This document shows positions 10,395 through 20,094 of a DNA stretch of 64,000 nt, piece after piece. Each line of letters opens with the position of its first letter. Position 1 is the first letter of the stretch. Below the pieces are notes generated by a model. The model saw only the letters and a list, made by a program, of their open reading frames with translations. It was not told where the DNA came from and searched no databases. The translations under genes were made by a program, and so were the position numbers. The stretch is from positions 118,850 to 182,849 of the IMG/VR virus record IMGVR_UViG_3300020576_004755; one strand, 5' to 3'. The DNA is from a virus (Duplodnaviria > Caudoviricetes).

Positions 10395-10658
10395 TTAGTC
10401 CATTATCTCCCCTCGCTCAATAGCCCAAACAAGTCTTGTGCATGGATCTCTTGGACCAAGCGGAGTTCGATTCAATGCGATTCGAACCTCGTCCTTCCCA
10501 GGTCGAAACCAGAAATCTCTATACATGAAAAATCCCGATGGTGTAGGAGAATATAACCCAGGAGGAAAAGAAGGCGGAAGAGGTCTGGCATTTTCTTTAA
10601 ACAGACCAACAACAATGACCATGTTGTTTTTTGACTTGTATGTCTTTCGGATTGTCAT
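10395..10658 (-). CDS. MTIR-tag family protein
   Basis: MTIRKT; ATGA overlap. Confidence 0.7.
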   Translation of the reverse strand: MTIRKTYKSKNNMVIVVGLFKENARPLPPSFPPGLYSPTPSGFFMYRDFWFRPGKDEVRIALNRTPLGPRDPCTRLVWAIERGEIMD

Positions 10659-11101
10659 GGCATGATGTATTCACTGGTAAGAGCATCAATGTTTTCAAAA
10701 TCGTAGTGATTTGCAAGGTCTTCCCATGCCATCTTTGTTTGAAGTCTCATTGTGAGATGAAATGATTTGGGTTTGACAAGACCTAGCTTTGCCAAAATAT
10801 ACTCTACGTCCTGCTTAAAACTACGATAGTGATTCTCGGCAAGAAAATGAGCTAGACTTTCATGTAGTCCATGTGGCATAGACTTGTGAGTTACCTGCCA
10901 ACTTTCTACATTCGCAAAAATGGGCTCAGACTGTTTTAGATTTCTACCATAACGAATTGCAGGACGACATATCACAATCTTTGGCATCGTGTTAACGTAG
11001 AAATGTTTCCCGTCCCCTGTCCGACCAGCATAAAGTGGTACTTTCCTTGTACGAGTCAAGGTTGTTGGAAGTTCTGTTTGATATGTTCTTCTAATGGTCA
11101 T
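10655..11101 (-). CDS. MTIR-tag family protein, paralog of 32770..33192
   Basis: internal start MTIRRT; VNTMPK and KPKSF shared. Confidence 0.7.
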   Translation of the reverse strand: MTIRRTYQTELPTTLTRTRKVPLYAGRTGDGKHFYVNTMPKIVICRPAIRYGRNLKQSEPIFANVESWQVTHKSMPHGLHESLAHFLAENHYRSFKQDVEYILAKLGLVKPKSFHLTMRLQTKMAWEDLANHYDFENIDALTSEYIMP

Positions 11102-11364
11102 GGAAGTGTTTTGTTTCTCATAACAGAGACGAGGCATTCCATAACATCAGCAATCAAGAGAATTGATATTTGATGCTTAGTCATCGTCGATTCAGCTCCA
11201 AATAGACTGGACAGATTTGTTCCAATATCGGTGACTAGATCTATAAGATAACACTCACCGTCAGGATGATATTGACCTTTTCTGTCAGCAAACGTGCCAA
11301 TCCAAGCACTCGACGGAGTGCTTGTATCCCAATCGTCAGTCCTGTGTGTTCTTCTAATGGTCAT
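11098..11364 (-). CDS. MTIR-tag family protein
   Basis: internal start MTIRRT. Confidence 0.65.
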   Translation of the reverse strand: MTIRRTHRTDDWDTSTPSSAWIGTFADRKGQYHPDGECYLIDLVTDIGTNLSSLFGAESTMTKHQISILLIADVMECLVSVMRNKTLP

Positions 11365-11374
11365 AGTGTTTTTA

Positions 11375-11620
11375 TCAGAACACTCCAGTCTCTTCAATTT
11401 GCTTGAACAACTTCCCATATGTTGTGGGAAGTCCAGTTCTACCTTGACACATAGGAACTTTGTTATATCCGCTGTTAATATGCCTATATTTAGGATGAAA
11501 ATACCAGTTACTTTTCCATACGAGTATCGGTTCGTTGTAGCGCCAGGAATATTCGTCTATAAACGCTACAGAAACAGCACTTGAATTGTTACTGGATTTT
11601 ATTGTATGTCTAATTGTCAT
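11375..11620 (-). CDS. MTIR-tag family protein
   Basis: MTIRHT; 11-nt overlap. Confidence 0.7.
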   Translation of the reverse strand: MTIRHTIKSSNNSSAVSVAFIDEYSWRYNEPILVWKSNWYFHPKYRHINSGYNKVPMCQGRTGLPTTYGKLFKQIEETGVF

Positions 11621-11858
11621 GTGACTTGACCAGTTCTTTGAACTCTGTCATTGCACAAGCACTCACAAAGTATTTATCTGCGCGGACGAAACGTTCCTCA
11701 CGAATAGAAAGTTTGTGAATGCAGTTGAGAACGAGTTTGTTGCACAGAGACTTTACCTCTATGTTGTGATAGACATAGGTGTCAAAACGATATACTTTGC
11801 CTAGCTTTTCCGCAAAGCTTATCAAGCCATTCTGCACGTTTGTTGTTCTAATTGTCAT
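11610..11858 (-). CDS. MTIR-tag family protein
   Basis: MTIRTT; ATGA overlap. Confidence 0.7.
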   Translation of the reverse strand: MTIRTTNVQNGLISFAEKLGKVYRFDTYVYHNIEVKSLCNKLVLNCIHKLSIREERFVRADKYFVSACAMTEFKELVKSHDN

Positions 11859-12499
11859 TGTACCAATAGTCCATTCTTCTTCAAGAAGTCATAGAACTTA
11901 CCAAACCGCTGCGCATCAAGCTTGTTGATCTTTTGCACTTGATTTAGCTTGGTTTGGTAAGCATCCCAATCAATGTCGTCCTTGGTCCAGTTAAGCTCAG
12001 AACCCTTATTCATATCCTTTCTAAAATCACCAATGACCACGGTTGAGTAGAACCCTCCGGTGCCCTTCATCTTGTTATAGATTTGATTTAGCAATTGGTT
12101 GAAGAGCTTGTCTGCAAGTACCTCGTTCGGAGTATCGTTATTGCGAGTTGCTCCAACGACTGTATTCTCTGCCGAAGTGTAATCTGTCATCTGTTGACGA
12201 CACTTCAAATCAATCTCTGCCTTCTTGTGCCATTCGTTTTCATTGATCTGGAAAGATAGCTCTCCGGTCCTGAACGGCTTGTAGAAGTTAAGAATAACCT
12301 CAAGACCTGCCCAATCAAGATAAGGCAAGTCTTCTGTCTTGGTCGTGAAGAACGTATCGTGCCATACTTGATCGCACTCAAGCATTACGTGCTTAAGGCG
12401 AAGCAGAACACGACTGTTCACAAAATCATTCATTCCATCGTACTGAATGAACGCTGATGCTGATGATGCCTGCTGTTGCTTCTGTTGCTGCTTGCTCAT
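11855..12499 (-). CDS. hypothetical protein
   Basis: start MSKQQQ gives ATGA overlap with 12496..12828. Confidence 0.7.
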   Translation of the reverse strand: MSKQQQKQQQASSASAFIQYDGMNDFVNSRVLLRLKHVMLECDQVWHDTFFTTKTEDLPYLDWAGLEVILNFYKPFRTGELSFQINENEWHKKAEIDLKCRQQMTDYTSAENTVVGATRNNDTPNEVLADKLFNQLLNQIYNKMKGTGGFYSTVVIGDFRKDMNKGSELNWTKDDIDWDAYQTKLNQVQKINKLDAQRFGKFYDFLKKNGLLVQ

Positions 12500-12828
12500 C
12501 CTGCAATCTTCTTCCACGAGTTCATAAACGAAACAATATTCATCGCACCAGCGGGATTGCTGGAATGAACCTGATAAGCTGGACACTTTGGAAACTCGTC
12601 TTGCTCATAGAACCACTCCTCAAGCTGACGAAGAAAAACCATGGTTGTGTCGTCACCACCGAGATCATGGTCGAAGCTGAAAAACTCAGGAAGACCATAG
12701 AACTTGACGTAGTGAATCGCATCTGCACTGTTTCTGCAAATGACCCATTGTCCAGGCACGTCCCTCTTTGGAAGATGCTTAACGTCGTCAAGACCGCGAA
12801 GGTCGTCGAGAAAAAGGAAATATGCCAT
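12496..12828 (-). CDS. cyclic-phosphate-processing receiver-like domain protein
   Basis: LFLDDLR, SFDHDLG, VHSSNPAG motifs; promoter 12852-12881. Confidence 0.75.
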   Translation of the reverse strand: MAYFLFLDDLRGLDDVKHLPKRDVPGQWVICRNSADAIHYVKFYGLPEFFSFDHDLGGDDTTMVFLRQLEEWFYEQDEFPKCPAYQVHSSNPAGAMNIVSFMNSWKKIAG

Positions 12829-12892
12829 GACGGAGGTTTACTTTCCCTTACATCATGGCATATCTATTTTGTTTTGTAAACTCGAATACGTA

Positions 12893-13618
12893 TTATTTCT
12901 TCGAAGTCTTTTTAGGCTTTTTTGGTGTCGATACCAATTCTGGTTCTGGTTGCTTGTTCACAACGCGCTTTGGAAGCTCTGTTGGCATAACGAACTCAAC
13001 GTTCATGTTAACGCTGATGTTGAACTTTGGTGTTCCAATCACGTTGGCAACATTGTGCTTAACGCACTCATTCGCGTCCAAGAACCAGTCTGCATGACGA
13101 CGTGAGGTAATCTCTTTGCCAAAGTATTCCTTGGTATGACCGCAATTGGCTGCCATGATCTCAAGAATCTTGTCGTTCAAGCGATCTGCTTCCTTGGCAG
13201 ATGCCTTGATCTCTTCATTCTTACCAAAGGCAACGGACGATACTTCATGAATCATAACGGTTGCGTTTGGACCAACGAAGCGATAGCCCTCGTGTCCACA
13301 AGTGAAGAGTGCTGCTCCGCATGACATTGCCTTGCCTTCAACAATCGTAGCAACCTTCAAAGAGGGATCGATTGAGTTGATAGCGTCAATGCAAGCCATG
13401 AGAGAATAGACTTCTCCACCGTATGAGTCGATGATGATTGGAAGAACCTTCTGCTGCGATTCAAGGGCATGATTCTCTGATTGAATCAAGTCTTGACGGA
13501 ACTTCATGCAGTTGTCTTCTGAGAACTCGCCTGTGAAGCGAACGTAAATTGGAAACTTTGAGTGCTTCTCTGGTTCGATTAGTGTAATTCTTGGATCTAC
13601 ATTAACGATATACTTCAT
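12893..13618 (-). CDS. clpP: ClpP-family (S14) protease
   Basis: IDSYGGEV, GKAMSCGA (catalytic Ser), VMIHEVS (His), DWFLDANEC; promoter 13691-13720. Confidence 0.9.
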   Translation of the reverse strand: MKYIVNVDPRITLIEPEKHSKFPIYVRFTGEFSEDNCMKFRQDLIQSENHALESQQKVLPIIIDSYGGEVYSLMACIDAINSIDPSLKVATIVEGKAMSCGAALFTCGHEGYRFVGPNATVMIHEVSSVAFGKNEEIKASAKEADRLNDKILEIMAANCGHTKEYFGKEITSRRHADWFLDANECVKHNVANVIGTPKFNISVNMNVEFVMPTELPKRVVNKQPEPELVSTPKKPKKTSKK

Positions 13619-13743
13619 ATGATAATCTCGTTTCTTTAAGTCTTGTTGTTTTTTGTTTTTTGATGTTAGCAAGTGCAACAACAAGAATAGAATCTAACAT
13701 TGAGACTCATATGTGTAAATGACTATGAATAATGTGGCAAAGT

Positions 13744-14049
13744 TCACTTAAACTTTGTTATCGTATCGCACATTTGTTCGTAGTCCTTTTGCATATCTTT
13801 GTCAAAGGCATTGAATGTCTTTGGATAGAGATAGTGAAGGAAATACCTGTAGGTTTCATCTGCCATGGTAACAGAGTACAGCGACGGATTGATCATTGTG
13901 TTTTCCGATAACACACGAACAGCAAATGGAAGAGTAATCACAAGTCCATCAATCCTCAAAATGATAAAGCTTCCAACATGACTAGAGCGTCCTAGTCCTT
14001 GGAAAAGCAAAATCTTCTTTCTTGTCTTGCTGTTATATCTTATTGCCAT
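13744..14049 (-). CDS. MTIR-tag family protein
   Basis: MAIRYN. Confidence 0.7.
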   Translation of the reverse strand: MAIRYNSKTRKKILLFQGLGRSSHVGSFIILRIDGLVITLPFAVRVLSENTMINPSLYSVTMADETYRYFLHYLYPKTFNAFDKDMQKDYEQMCDTITKFK

Positions 14050-14368
14050 AGTGTTGAAGTGTGTAAAGGTTCTTTAGCTCTTTGTGAATCTGCTTCATTT
14101 CAAGGTTCTTTAACACTTTGAAGTGACTTGCGTGGTTTATGTATTTTAGTTCAAGAAGAGGATCCTTGAAGACTGCGTATCTCTTATCCATCAAGACTTG
14201 ACGACCTTTTACTTTCCAGTAAGGAAACATATGGTTAATCATATCGCCAACAGAGATTTCCTCGCCATTGATGTAAAGCTCGTAATACATATCCCTTGAT
14301 TTGACGTTGTAGGACGAAACAAGATGAAATACGTTCACCTTCGTTACCGTGATCCTTCGGATTGTCAT
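14033..14368 (-). CDS. MTIR-tag family protein
   Basis: MTIRRI; ATGA overlap. Confidence 0.7.
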   Translation of the reverse strand: MTIRRITVTKVNVFHLVSSYNVKSRDMYYELYINGEEISVGDMINHMFPYWKVKGRQVLMDKRYAVFKDPLLELKYINHASHFKVLKNLEMKQIHKELKNLYTLQHYGNKI

Positions 14369-14736
14369 AATCCAAAGTCCAGTAGACGACGGATGATAAC
14401 ATAGTCAGGAATAAGGTTAAAGATGCATTCTCTAGAAAGAGGATGCATTGAATTCTCAACGTTGTCTACAGACTCTTCGGAGGCAGCATGGATTCCTGTT
14501 TTAAGCTGCTCGTAGTAAGGAGCCAAGTTAGACATAGAGTTCTTCACAAGATTCTTGTCGAAAAGAATGAAGAACGCTTCGTTGTGCTGCTCTCCGTTTA
14601 CCTTTTCTTGGAACCAAGTTACTTCCATTCCATAGAACTTTAGGTCTTGTTCTACGATGAATAAGTGAACGCAGCAGTCTTGAGACTGATCTCTGTCATC
14701 TAGGTTTACGTTGCGACAAATAGAACGGATGGTCAT
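14365..14736 (-). CDS. MTIR-tag family protein
   Basis: internal start MTIRSI. Confidence 0.7.
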   Translation of the reverse strand: MTIRSICRNVNLDDRDQSQDCCVHLFIVEQDLKFYGMEVTWFQEKVNGEQHNEAFFILFDKNLVKNSMSNLAPYYEQLKTGIHAASEESVDNVENSMHPLSRECIFNLIPDYVIIRRLLDFGL

Positions 14737-14787
14737 ACCAATAGATATGACCATCCATTATGATTATTCTAGAACTGTCTTTTCTAC

Positions 14788-15246
14788 TCAGGCTTCTTCG
14801 TCTTCCTCGGGGCGTTCGGGAACGAATGGATCGCAGTAGCTTGCGTAGGACATACCAGCTTCAATATGCTCTTCAAAGAATGGAAGATTTGAAAGACTTG
14901 ATTGATGAACGCAGAACTTCAACTCCTCGTCATAGGGCAATGAATGACGGAACGTGATTGTTTTCAAGTCCTTGAAGTCACGGAATCCATTTGACTGAGA
15001 CTCGTTGAAAGGCTTGCCATAGAGCGAATACCAATACTCGTACTCAATCTCTCCCTCTTCAAAGGTAATATCTCGTACCTTGGTGGTTGGATCGCCTGGA
15101 TCTGTTTCATACTCAGAGACAGAGAAGAGACTGAAATAGCGAATATGTAGAGCAATGTCATCTTCAAAGAGATTGCCGTAACGACGCTCTTTGTTCATAT
15201 CGACGCAGCGATCTACGGGAAGCATGGAAGTTTTTCGAATGGTCAT
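14788..15246 (-). CDS. MTIR-tag family protein (acidic)
   Basis: MTIRKT. Confidence 0.75.
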   Translation of the reverse strand: MTIRKTSMLPVDRCVDMNKERRYGNLFEDDIALHIRYFSLFSVSEYETDPGDPTTKVRDITFEEGEIEYEYWYSLYGKPFNESQSNGFRDFKDLKTITFRHSLPYDEELKFCVHQSSLSNLPFFEEHIEAGMSYASYCDPFVPERPEEDEEA

Positions 15247-15352
15247 TTTTGATTGGGATTCCTGTGAAAAAAGAAATAGGTGTTTTTAAAACAGCACAGC
15301 TAACAGTAACGAGGATACCAGCCGAAGGATTAAGAGTAAATGCATTTCGATA

Positions 15353-15868
15353 TTATTGCTCTGTTGGCAATGGAATATCGTAGCTTGCTCGGAAGTAGCC
15401 ACCTTTTTTGGCATCAGGCAAATAGAAGTTAATGCTCTTAACTCCAAAATAGGCTTGAAGAACATCGTGCATGATGTAGAAGATTGCCGAAGGTTGAACG
15501 GTTATGCCTTGCTTCACAACCTTTTTGTTATCCACCGTTACGAAAGGAAAGTGAAGGACAGGAAGGATTGGCATGTAGCTCTGACCATAGAGAGAACTCT
15601 TTGATTCAAGATGGTTCTCAAAAGGAATCTCAAAGCTTGTTACGTGCTCGCTAAGTGTCTTTGTGTAGCTTGCCCAAATAAGCTTAACAGAGACTCTACG
15701 AACGTAGAGTCTTGTGTTTGTTGGTACGCCAATAGCAGAGCGAATCATGCCGTTGGTTCCGTTGTTGTATGGAATTGGATAATAGCCAGCATCCAACATA
15801 TCTCCTGTATAGGAGGCATGAAAGAAGTGAGTGGTTACAGAACCGAAACTTCCCGAACGAATTGTCAT
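15353..15868 (-). CDS. MTIR-tag family protein
   Basis: MTIRSG. Confidence 0.75.
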   Translation of the reverse strand: MTIRSGSFGSVTTHFFHASYTGDMLDAGYYPIPYNNGTNGMIRSAIGVPTNTRLYVRRVSVKLIWASYTKTLSEHVTSFEIPFENHLESKSSLYGQSYMPILPVLHFPFVTVDNKKVVKQGITVQPSAIFYIMHDVLQAYFGVKSINFYLPDAKKGGYFRASYDIPLPTEQ

Positions 15869-15883
15869 AACAATAACTAGCAG

Positions 15884-16597
15884 TCAGTTTTCGTTCTTGA
15901 TGCTTTCAATAAGATACGCCTTGAGAGTATCCAAGTCACCGGAATCAAGAAACCTTTGAAGCTTGTCTTCGTCAACGTACTGATTTGCAGTTGCAAGATC
16001 TCTCCAACCTCTATCAGCACGTCCACTGTTGAACCGAAGACCTACGTTTGAAAGGTCAAAGTTCTTTGGATCGTTGTCCTTTGAATAAGCATAGATAAGA
16101 CCGGAATAGATAGAAATTCCAACAAACTCAGGTGCTTTGTATTCAATCTTCACTTCACCGGAAGCAATCTTCTCCATAACGAACGCAGGGATTTTGAAGA
16201 ATAGCTCAGGATCATCTTCGTCTTGTTGAACTACAGGCTGTCCAAGAATTGCAGACTGCACAGGAGCAGAGTTCACAGAAGGCGCAGGAAGCACCACAGA
16301 AGCGTTTGGAAACTTGGCAAGGTATCTTGCGTGTGCATTCTTCATTGCCTGCCTAGAATGCCACTCTGAGATGCAGGAATAGGTATCCACAATGCTATCG
16401 TCGTCTGGTCGATTGACTCGGATGACAAGCGAGATGATTGTGTTATCATCGCCACGAGCAGTAGTCTTCTCGTTGTACTTCTCCATACGAACAAGTTGGA
16501 ACTCGATTTCTGGTCCGTTCCTTCCGGTATCCATAACAAGACGGCTCAAATATGAGCTATCTGCGGATACTTTCTTGTAGTGAGTTTGAATGGTCAT
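15884..16597 (-). CDS. MTIR-tag family protein (MTIQ variant)
   Basis: MTIQTH; ATGA overlap. Confidence 0.75.
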   Translation of the reverse strand: MTIQTHYKKVSADSSYLSRLVMDTGRNGPEIEFQLVRMEKYNEKTTARGDDNTIISLVIRVNRPDDDSIVDTYSCISEWHSRQAMKNAHARYLAKFPNASVVLPAPSVNSAPVQSAILGQPVVQQDEDDPELFFKIPAFVMEKIASGEVKIEYKAPEFVGISIYSGLIYAYSKDNDPKNFDLSNVGLRFNSGRADRGWRDLATANQYVDEDKLQRFLDSGDLDTLKAYLIESIKNEN

Positions 16598-17022
16598 AGT
16601 TTTTTACCGACGTACCAGTTTGGGTTTATCTTGCCTGACTCTACCACAAGTTCCTGCCAATGTCTACCAACAGACTCAATTACTGCACGAATGATATGAA
16701 CAAAGAAGTCAAACTGCACAGGATATGCCTGTCTCATATAAACATCTTCGAATCCCATTGCCGATGCATGAACGTGTGCTTCAAGTCCTGCCTTGAATCT
16801 TTTGATCTCTTGTGGGGTAATACAATGATCTCCAACCCAAGTGTGGAATATGTCTATTTGCTTTGAATGAAGCCCTTGAACCCAAAGACCATATTTCATC
16901 CAATCAAATACGAAAACAAGTGTCTCACCCGTTAGATGGGAATGTCCGAAGTCCGTTCTATGCTTTGAACGATGGTGCCAGAGATATTCTTTTTCGGTGA
17001 GATAGCTTGTTCTTATGGTCAT
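16594..17022 (-). CDS. MTIR-tag family protein
   Basis: MTIRTS. Confidence 0.75.
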   Translation of the reverse strand: MTIRTSYLTEKEYLWHHRSKHRTDFGHSHLTGETLVFVFDWMKYGLWVQGLHSKQIDIFHTWVGDHCITPQEIKRFKAGLEAHVHASAMGFEDVYMRQAYPVQFDFFVHIIRAVIESVGRHWQELVVESGKINPNWYVGKKL

Positions 17023-17037
17023 ACCATAAGATAGTCT

Positions 17038-17622
17038 TTATTTGGCATAATTCTCTAGTTCAAAAATGTCATTTCTGATGAAATTCTGATAAGTGTCGTT
17101 CTGTTTTTTGAATTGCTCGGCAAGCATAGCGTACTTCTTTGATCCCTTTCTTACGCCTCTGAATACCTCTTTTGATGAGTACATGTATGGTGAAACGATG
17201 ATTGGATTCTCTGGATCTACTTGCCTTGAACTATAAGTCCAATTTACAAAAATAGTGAAGCGCATCGAAGACTTTGAAAGATAGATTGGAGTATGAGTGA
17301 TAGGTACATATTCACCAATCGCAATCTTATATAGCATATCCTTTGAAATTGCTACCTTCTTTTTCTTCACAGAGCCCTTGTTGACTCGGTTGAGATAGAC
17401 TCCTGCGCTGCTGCCAGGGTTCATTTGCCAAAACACAGTATTTTCCTTGTTGACGATCGGATGGACCATACTTACCCAACCACCTGATCTCGCTTTGATG
17501 AACTCTTGAACGAAGGATGAATTTTTTAACCCAATCCCACCTTTCCAGTAAGCATGGAAATTCATGTGCAGATGGAAATTGTTCCTTGCAATTTCATTTG
17601 AATGTGAAAGTCGGATAGTCAT
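17038..17622 (-). CDS. MTIR-tag family protein
   Basis: MTIRLS. Confidence 0.75.
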   Translation of the reverse strand: MTIRLSHSNEIARNNFHLHMNFHAYWKGGIGLKNSSFVQEFIKARSGGWVSMVHPIVNKENTVFWQMNPGSSAGVYLNRVNKGSVKKKKVAISKDMLYKIAIGEYVPITHTPIYLSKSSMRFTIFVNWTYSSRQVDPENPIIVSPYMYSSKEVFRGVRKGSKKYAMLAEQFKKQNDTYQNFIRNDIFELENYAK

Positions 17623-17815
17623 CTCTTAGTCTTTCTATGTGTTTCTTCCATGAAGTCTTGGTCTTTATGTGTAAGGTTGGAACGGCTGTAATTTCACCTT
17701 TCCACAGAATCCACGAATCAAAGAATTCTCTATACCAATTGCCATATCTAACATGCATAGTTACGGTGGCAAGTTCACAGTAATCAAAGAACGAGCTTGT
17801 TCGTCGAATGGTCAT
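17594..17815 (-). CDS. MTIR-tag family protein
   Basis: MTIRRT. Confidence 0.7.
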   Translation of the reverse strand: MTIRRTSSFFDYCELATVTMHVRYGNWYREFFDSWILWKGEITAVPTLHIKTKTSWKKHIERLRDDYPTFTFK

Positions 17816-17816
17816 T

Positions 17817-18224
17817 TTATAGAGCTACTCTGTTGTCCGTGATGGATAGATCGGGATAAGGTCTTGTTCGATACTCTCTGAGTACCCTTGTAATCTCTGC
17901 AAAAAATGGTGCGTTTGTCTCGTTTATGTAACCTATTGACAAGTCTTCTCTAACATGTAGGAACATACGTTCGTTTCTAATGTTTCTATCTGGATAGCTT
18001 GATGTATTAGAATCTCTTTCAATAATTCTGAAACTTTGACAGGCTAGAACATGCGTATCCGTGTAAGTATTGTTTATTTCAAACGCCGCAAGAAAGAATC
18101 GATGATAGCCTATCTCTTCAAGCCAAGAGAAACCCCAGGAGTTTTTACGTGGCAAATGCTCAGTTTCCGCATACGTGTAGACCGAGCTTATGTCATGAGG
18201 CTTGTATTTTGTTCTGATTGTCAT
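17817..18224 (-). CDS. MTIR-tag family protein
   Basis: MTIRTK; ATGA overlap. Confidence 0.75.
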   Translation of the reverse strand: MTIRTKYKPHDISSVYTYAETEHLPRKNSWGFSWLEEIGYHRFFLAAFEINNTYTDTHVLACQSFRIIERDSNTSSYPDRNIRNERMFLHVREDLSIGYINETNAPFFAEITRVLREYRTRPYPDLSITDNRVAL

Positions 18225-18739
18225 ACGACTTTACTGAAATCCCCGTTTTGAAGAAGCTCCTCGGACCATGCTATCTCTTTTTCCATGAGTATCTTTGTTT
18301 CTGGTTCAAGGAACTTTCTCCACTCTTCCATTCCTCTTTTCAGATAAGAGCTTCTAACAGACTCGTAGAGTTCTCTGGAATGAATGAGATACATTTGATC
18401 TACTTCTATCCACTCAAGCAGCTCCATTATTTTGGCATCTGCTTCTTGCGAATATCCGAACAAGAGAAAGTTTGGATCATGACAATTGCATTCTTCCAAG
18501 CATAGGTCTTTCAACAACTGCTCTCTTTTGTCATATGGAATCGTCTTGTAAGACAAGGTTCTAACTTTAGAATCCCATTGTTTTGCACCATAATTGACAA
18601 CGCAAATATATGGCAGATGAAAGTGATACCTTCCATTATCTGTGATATCGGGAGGATGAATCACACTATTATCGTGGTATTTGAAGTCGTCGATTCTCAA
18701 GGCTGGCTTGAGATTTGCATATTGTTGTCGGATTGCCAT
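18221..18739 (-). CDS. MTIR-tag family protein
   Basis: MAIRQQ. Confidence 0.75.
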   Translation of the reverse strand: MAIRQQYANLKPALRIDDFKYHDNSVIHPPDITDNGRYHFHLPYICVVNYGAKQWDSKVRTLSYKTIPYDKREQLLKDLCLEECNCHDPNFLLFGYSQEADAKIMELLEWIEVDQMYLIHSRELYESVRSSYLKRGMEEWRKFLEPETKILMEKEIAWSEELLQNGDFSKVV

Positions 18740-18757
18740 TTTGAAAAACGATTTTCA

Positions 18758-19225
18758 TCAATAAATGTTGAACATGGGCTTGATGAATCTCTTGTAGATC
18801 AGATCAAGCTCTTCTTTGTTTGTTGCCGTTGTAGCAATAACCCAAGCGGCATAGTCTTCGCTCCAGTCAGCAACGAAGCCAACTGTTCCAAATCCCCATT
18901 GGTATTCTTTTGGAGCCTCTTGAAGCTCTAAGGAAAATTTGTTGTGGAGCATACCCGAGATAGCATTGTATTCAAGATATATGGGTCTTGCATACGATGG
19001 AGTCTTGATTGTAAGCAATGGTTTCCATGGCATGATCATCTTTTGAAGAGTAATGAATTTGCCTGGATTAAGGTACAAACTGTTTGAGTGAGCACCAAAT
19101 GCATTTGTGTAGAAGCCTGCATTGAAATGGGTCTTCTCCAAATTGGGCGATGCCATGTAGATAAAGGCAGGCTTGTTTTTGTTGTAAGGCTTTGCTTCAA
19201 ACTTTGCTGTCAATCGAATTGTCAT
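18758..19225 (-). CDS. MTIR-tag family protein
   Basis: MTIRLT; ATGA overlap. Confidence 0.75.
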   Translation of the reverse strand: MTIRLTAKFEAKPYNKNKPAFIYMASPNLEKTHFNAGFYTNAFGAHSNSLYLNPGKFITLQKMIMPWKPLLTIKTPSYARPIYLEYNAISGMLHNKFSLELQEAPKEYQWGFGTVGFVADWSEDYAAWVIATTATNKEELDLIYKRFIKPMFNIY

Positions 19226-19632
19226 AGCCATTTCACATTTCTTTGCATGACGTTTACTGCTTGATCGTAGATACGAGTCTCTGTTGTGACCATGGTGATA
19301 TCATGATCGCGGATTATGCCTTGTTCAACAAAGATATCCTTGACGAGAGTCTGGATCCTTATGCCAATGTCATCTGGATATCTGTCAAACTTCCAGTAGT
19401 GAGTTTTTGGAGCTACAATCGAACCATGAGCGATTTCTATGATGTAACTTCTCACATTATCAACGGTCTTGTATTGAACAGAAGAGAACTTGGTTTGAAC
19501 AAACTTCGGCTCAAGCATCATACAAGAATCGAAGTATTTCACACCACTTCTCATGGTATCAGAGAATGTTGCTCTGAACGCTTGATTGTAGCTGTGAATG
19601 CTATATACGTCGCTGTTTGCTCTAATAGCCAT
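19222..19632 (-). CDS. MTIR-tag family protein
   Basis: MAIRAN; 11-nt overlap. Confidence 0.75.
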   Translation of the reverse strand: MAIRANSDVYSIHSYNQAFRATFSDTMRSGVKYFDSCMMLEPKFVQTKFSSVQYKTVDNVRSYIIEIAHGSIVAPKTHYWKFDRYPDDIGIRIQTLVKDIFVEQGIIRDHDITMVTTETRIYDQAVNVMQRNVKWL

Positions 19633-20044
19633 AGGAAGGTATTACTCTTGAATAATGAGAGTATTGCTGAGCAATCGGGTTGATGAAGGCTGTAACTGCT
19701 CTATGATAAGGACCGCCTTTGTCATAGTGACCAGACGGATTCCGAAACTTGTTAATCACATCAAAAGACAATCCATCGTTTGATGGCTCGATGATAAATG
19801 CATACGAGGGTCGAGTGTTATATTGGAAGCCAGCACTTTTTGTCAGAAGGTACTGAGTGGTCTTTGCCTTTCTTTTGCGTCCGTCTCCGAAGACTCCATA
19901 GGAAAAATGGATCTTGGTTGTGATATGAGTTCTTACCGAAGCATCTATCGTATCGGTGTAAGAACTTATATGTACGTCAACACGAAAAGCCCTGATGGAG
20001 TCTTTTCTTATTTGAGGCAATCTATCTTGTCTGCGTATTGTCAT
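19622..20044 (-). CDS. MTIR-tag family protein
   Basis: MTIRRQ; promoter 20054-20083. Confidence 0.75.
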   Translation of the reverse strand: MTIRRQDRLPQIRKDSIRAFRVDVHISSYTDTIDASVRTHITTKIHFSYGVFGDGRKRKAKTTQYLLTKSAGFQYNTRPSYAFIIEPSNDGLSFDVINKFRNPSGHYDKGGPYHRAVTAFINPIAQQYSHYSRVIPSYGY

Positions 20045-20094
20045 AATAGCTTAATGTTATACCAGTCTGGTGAAGCAATAAACCATTAACAACA

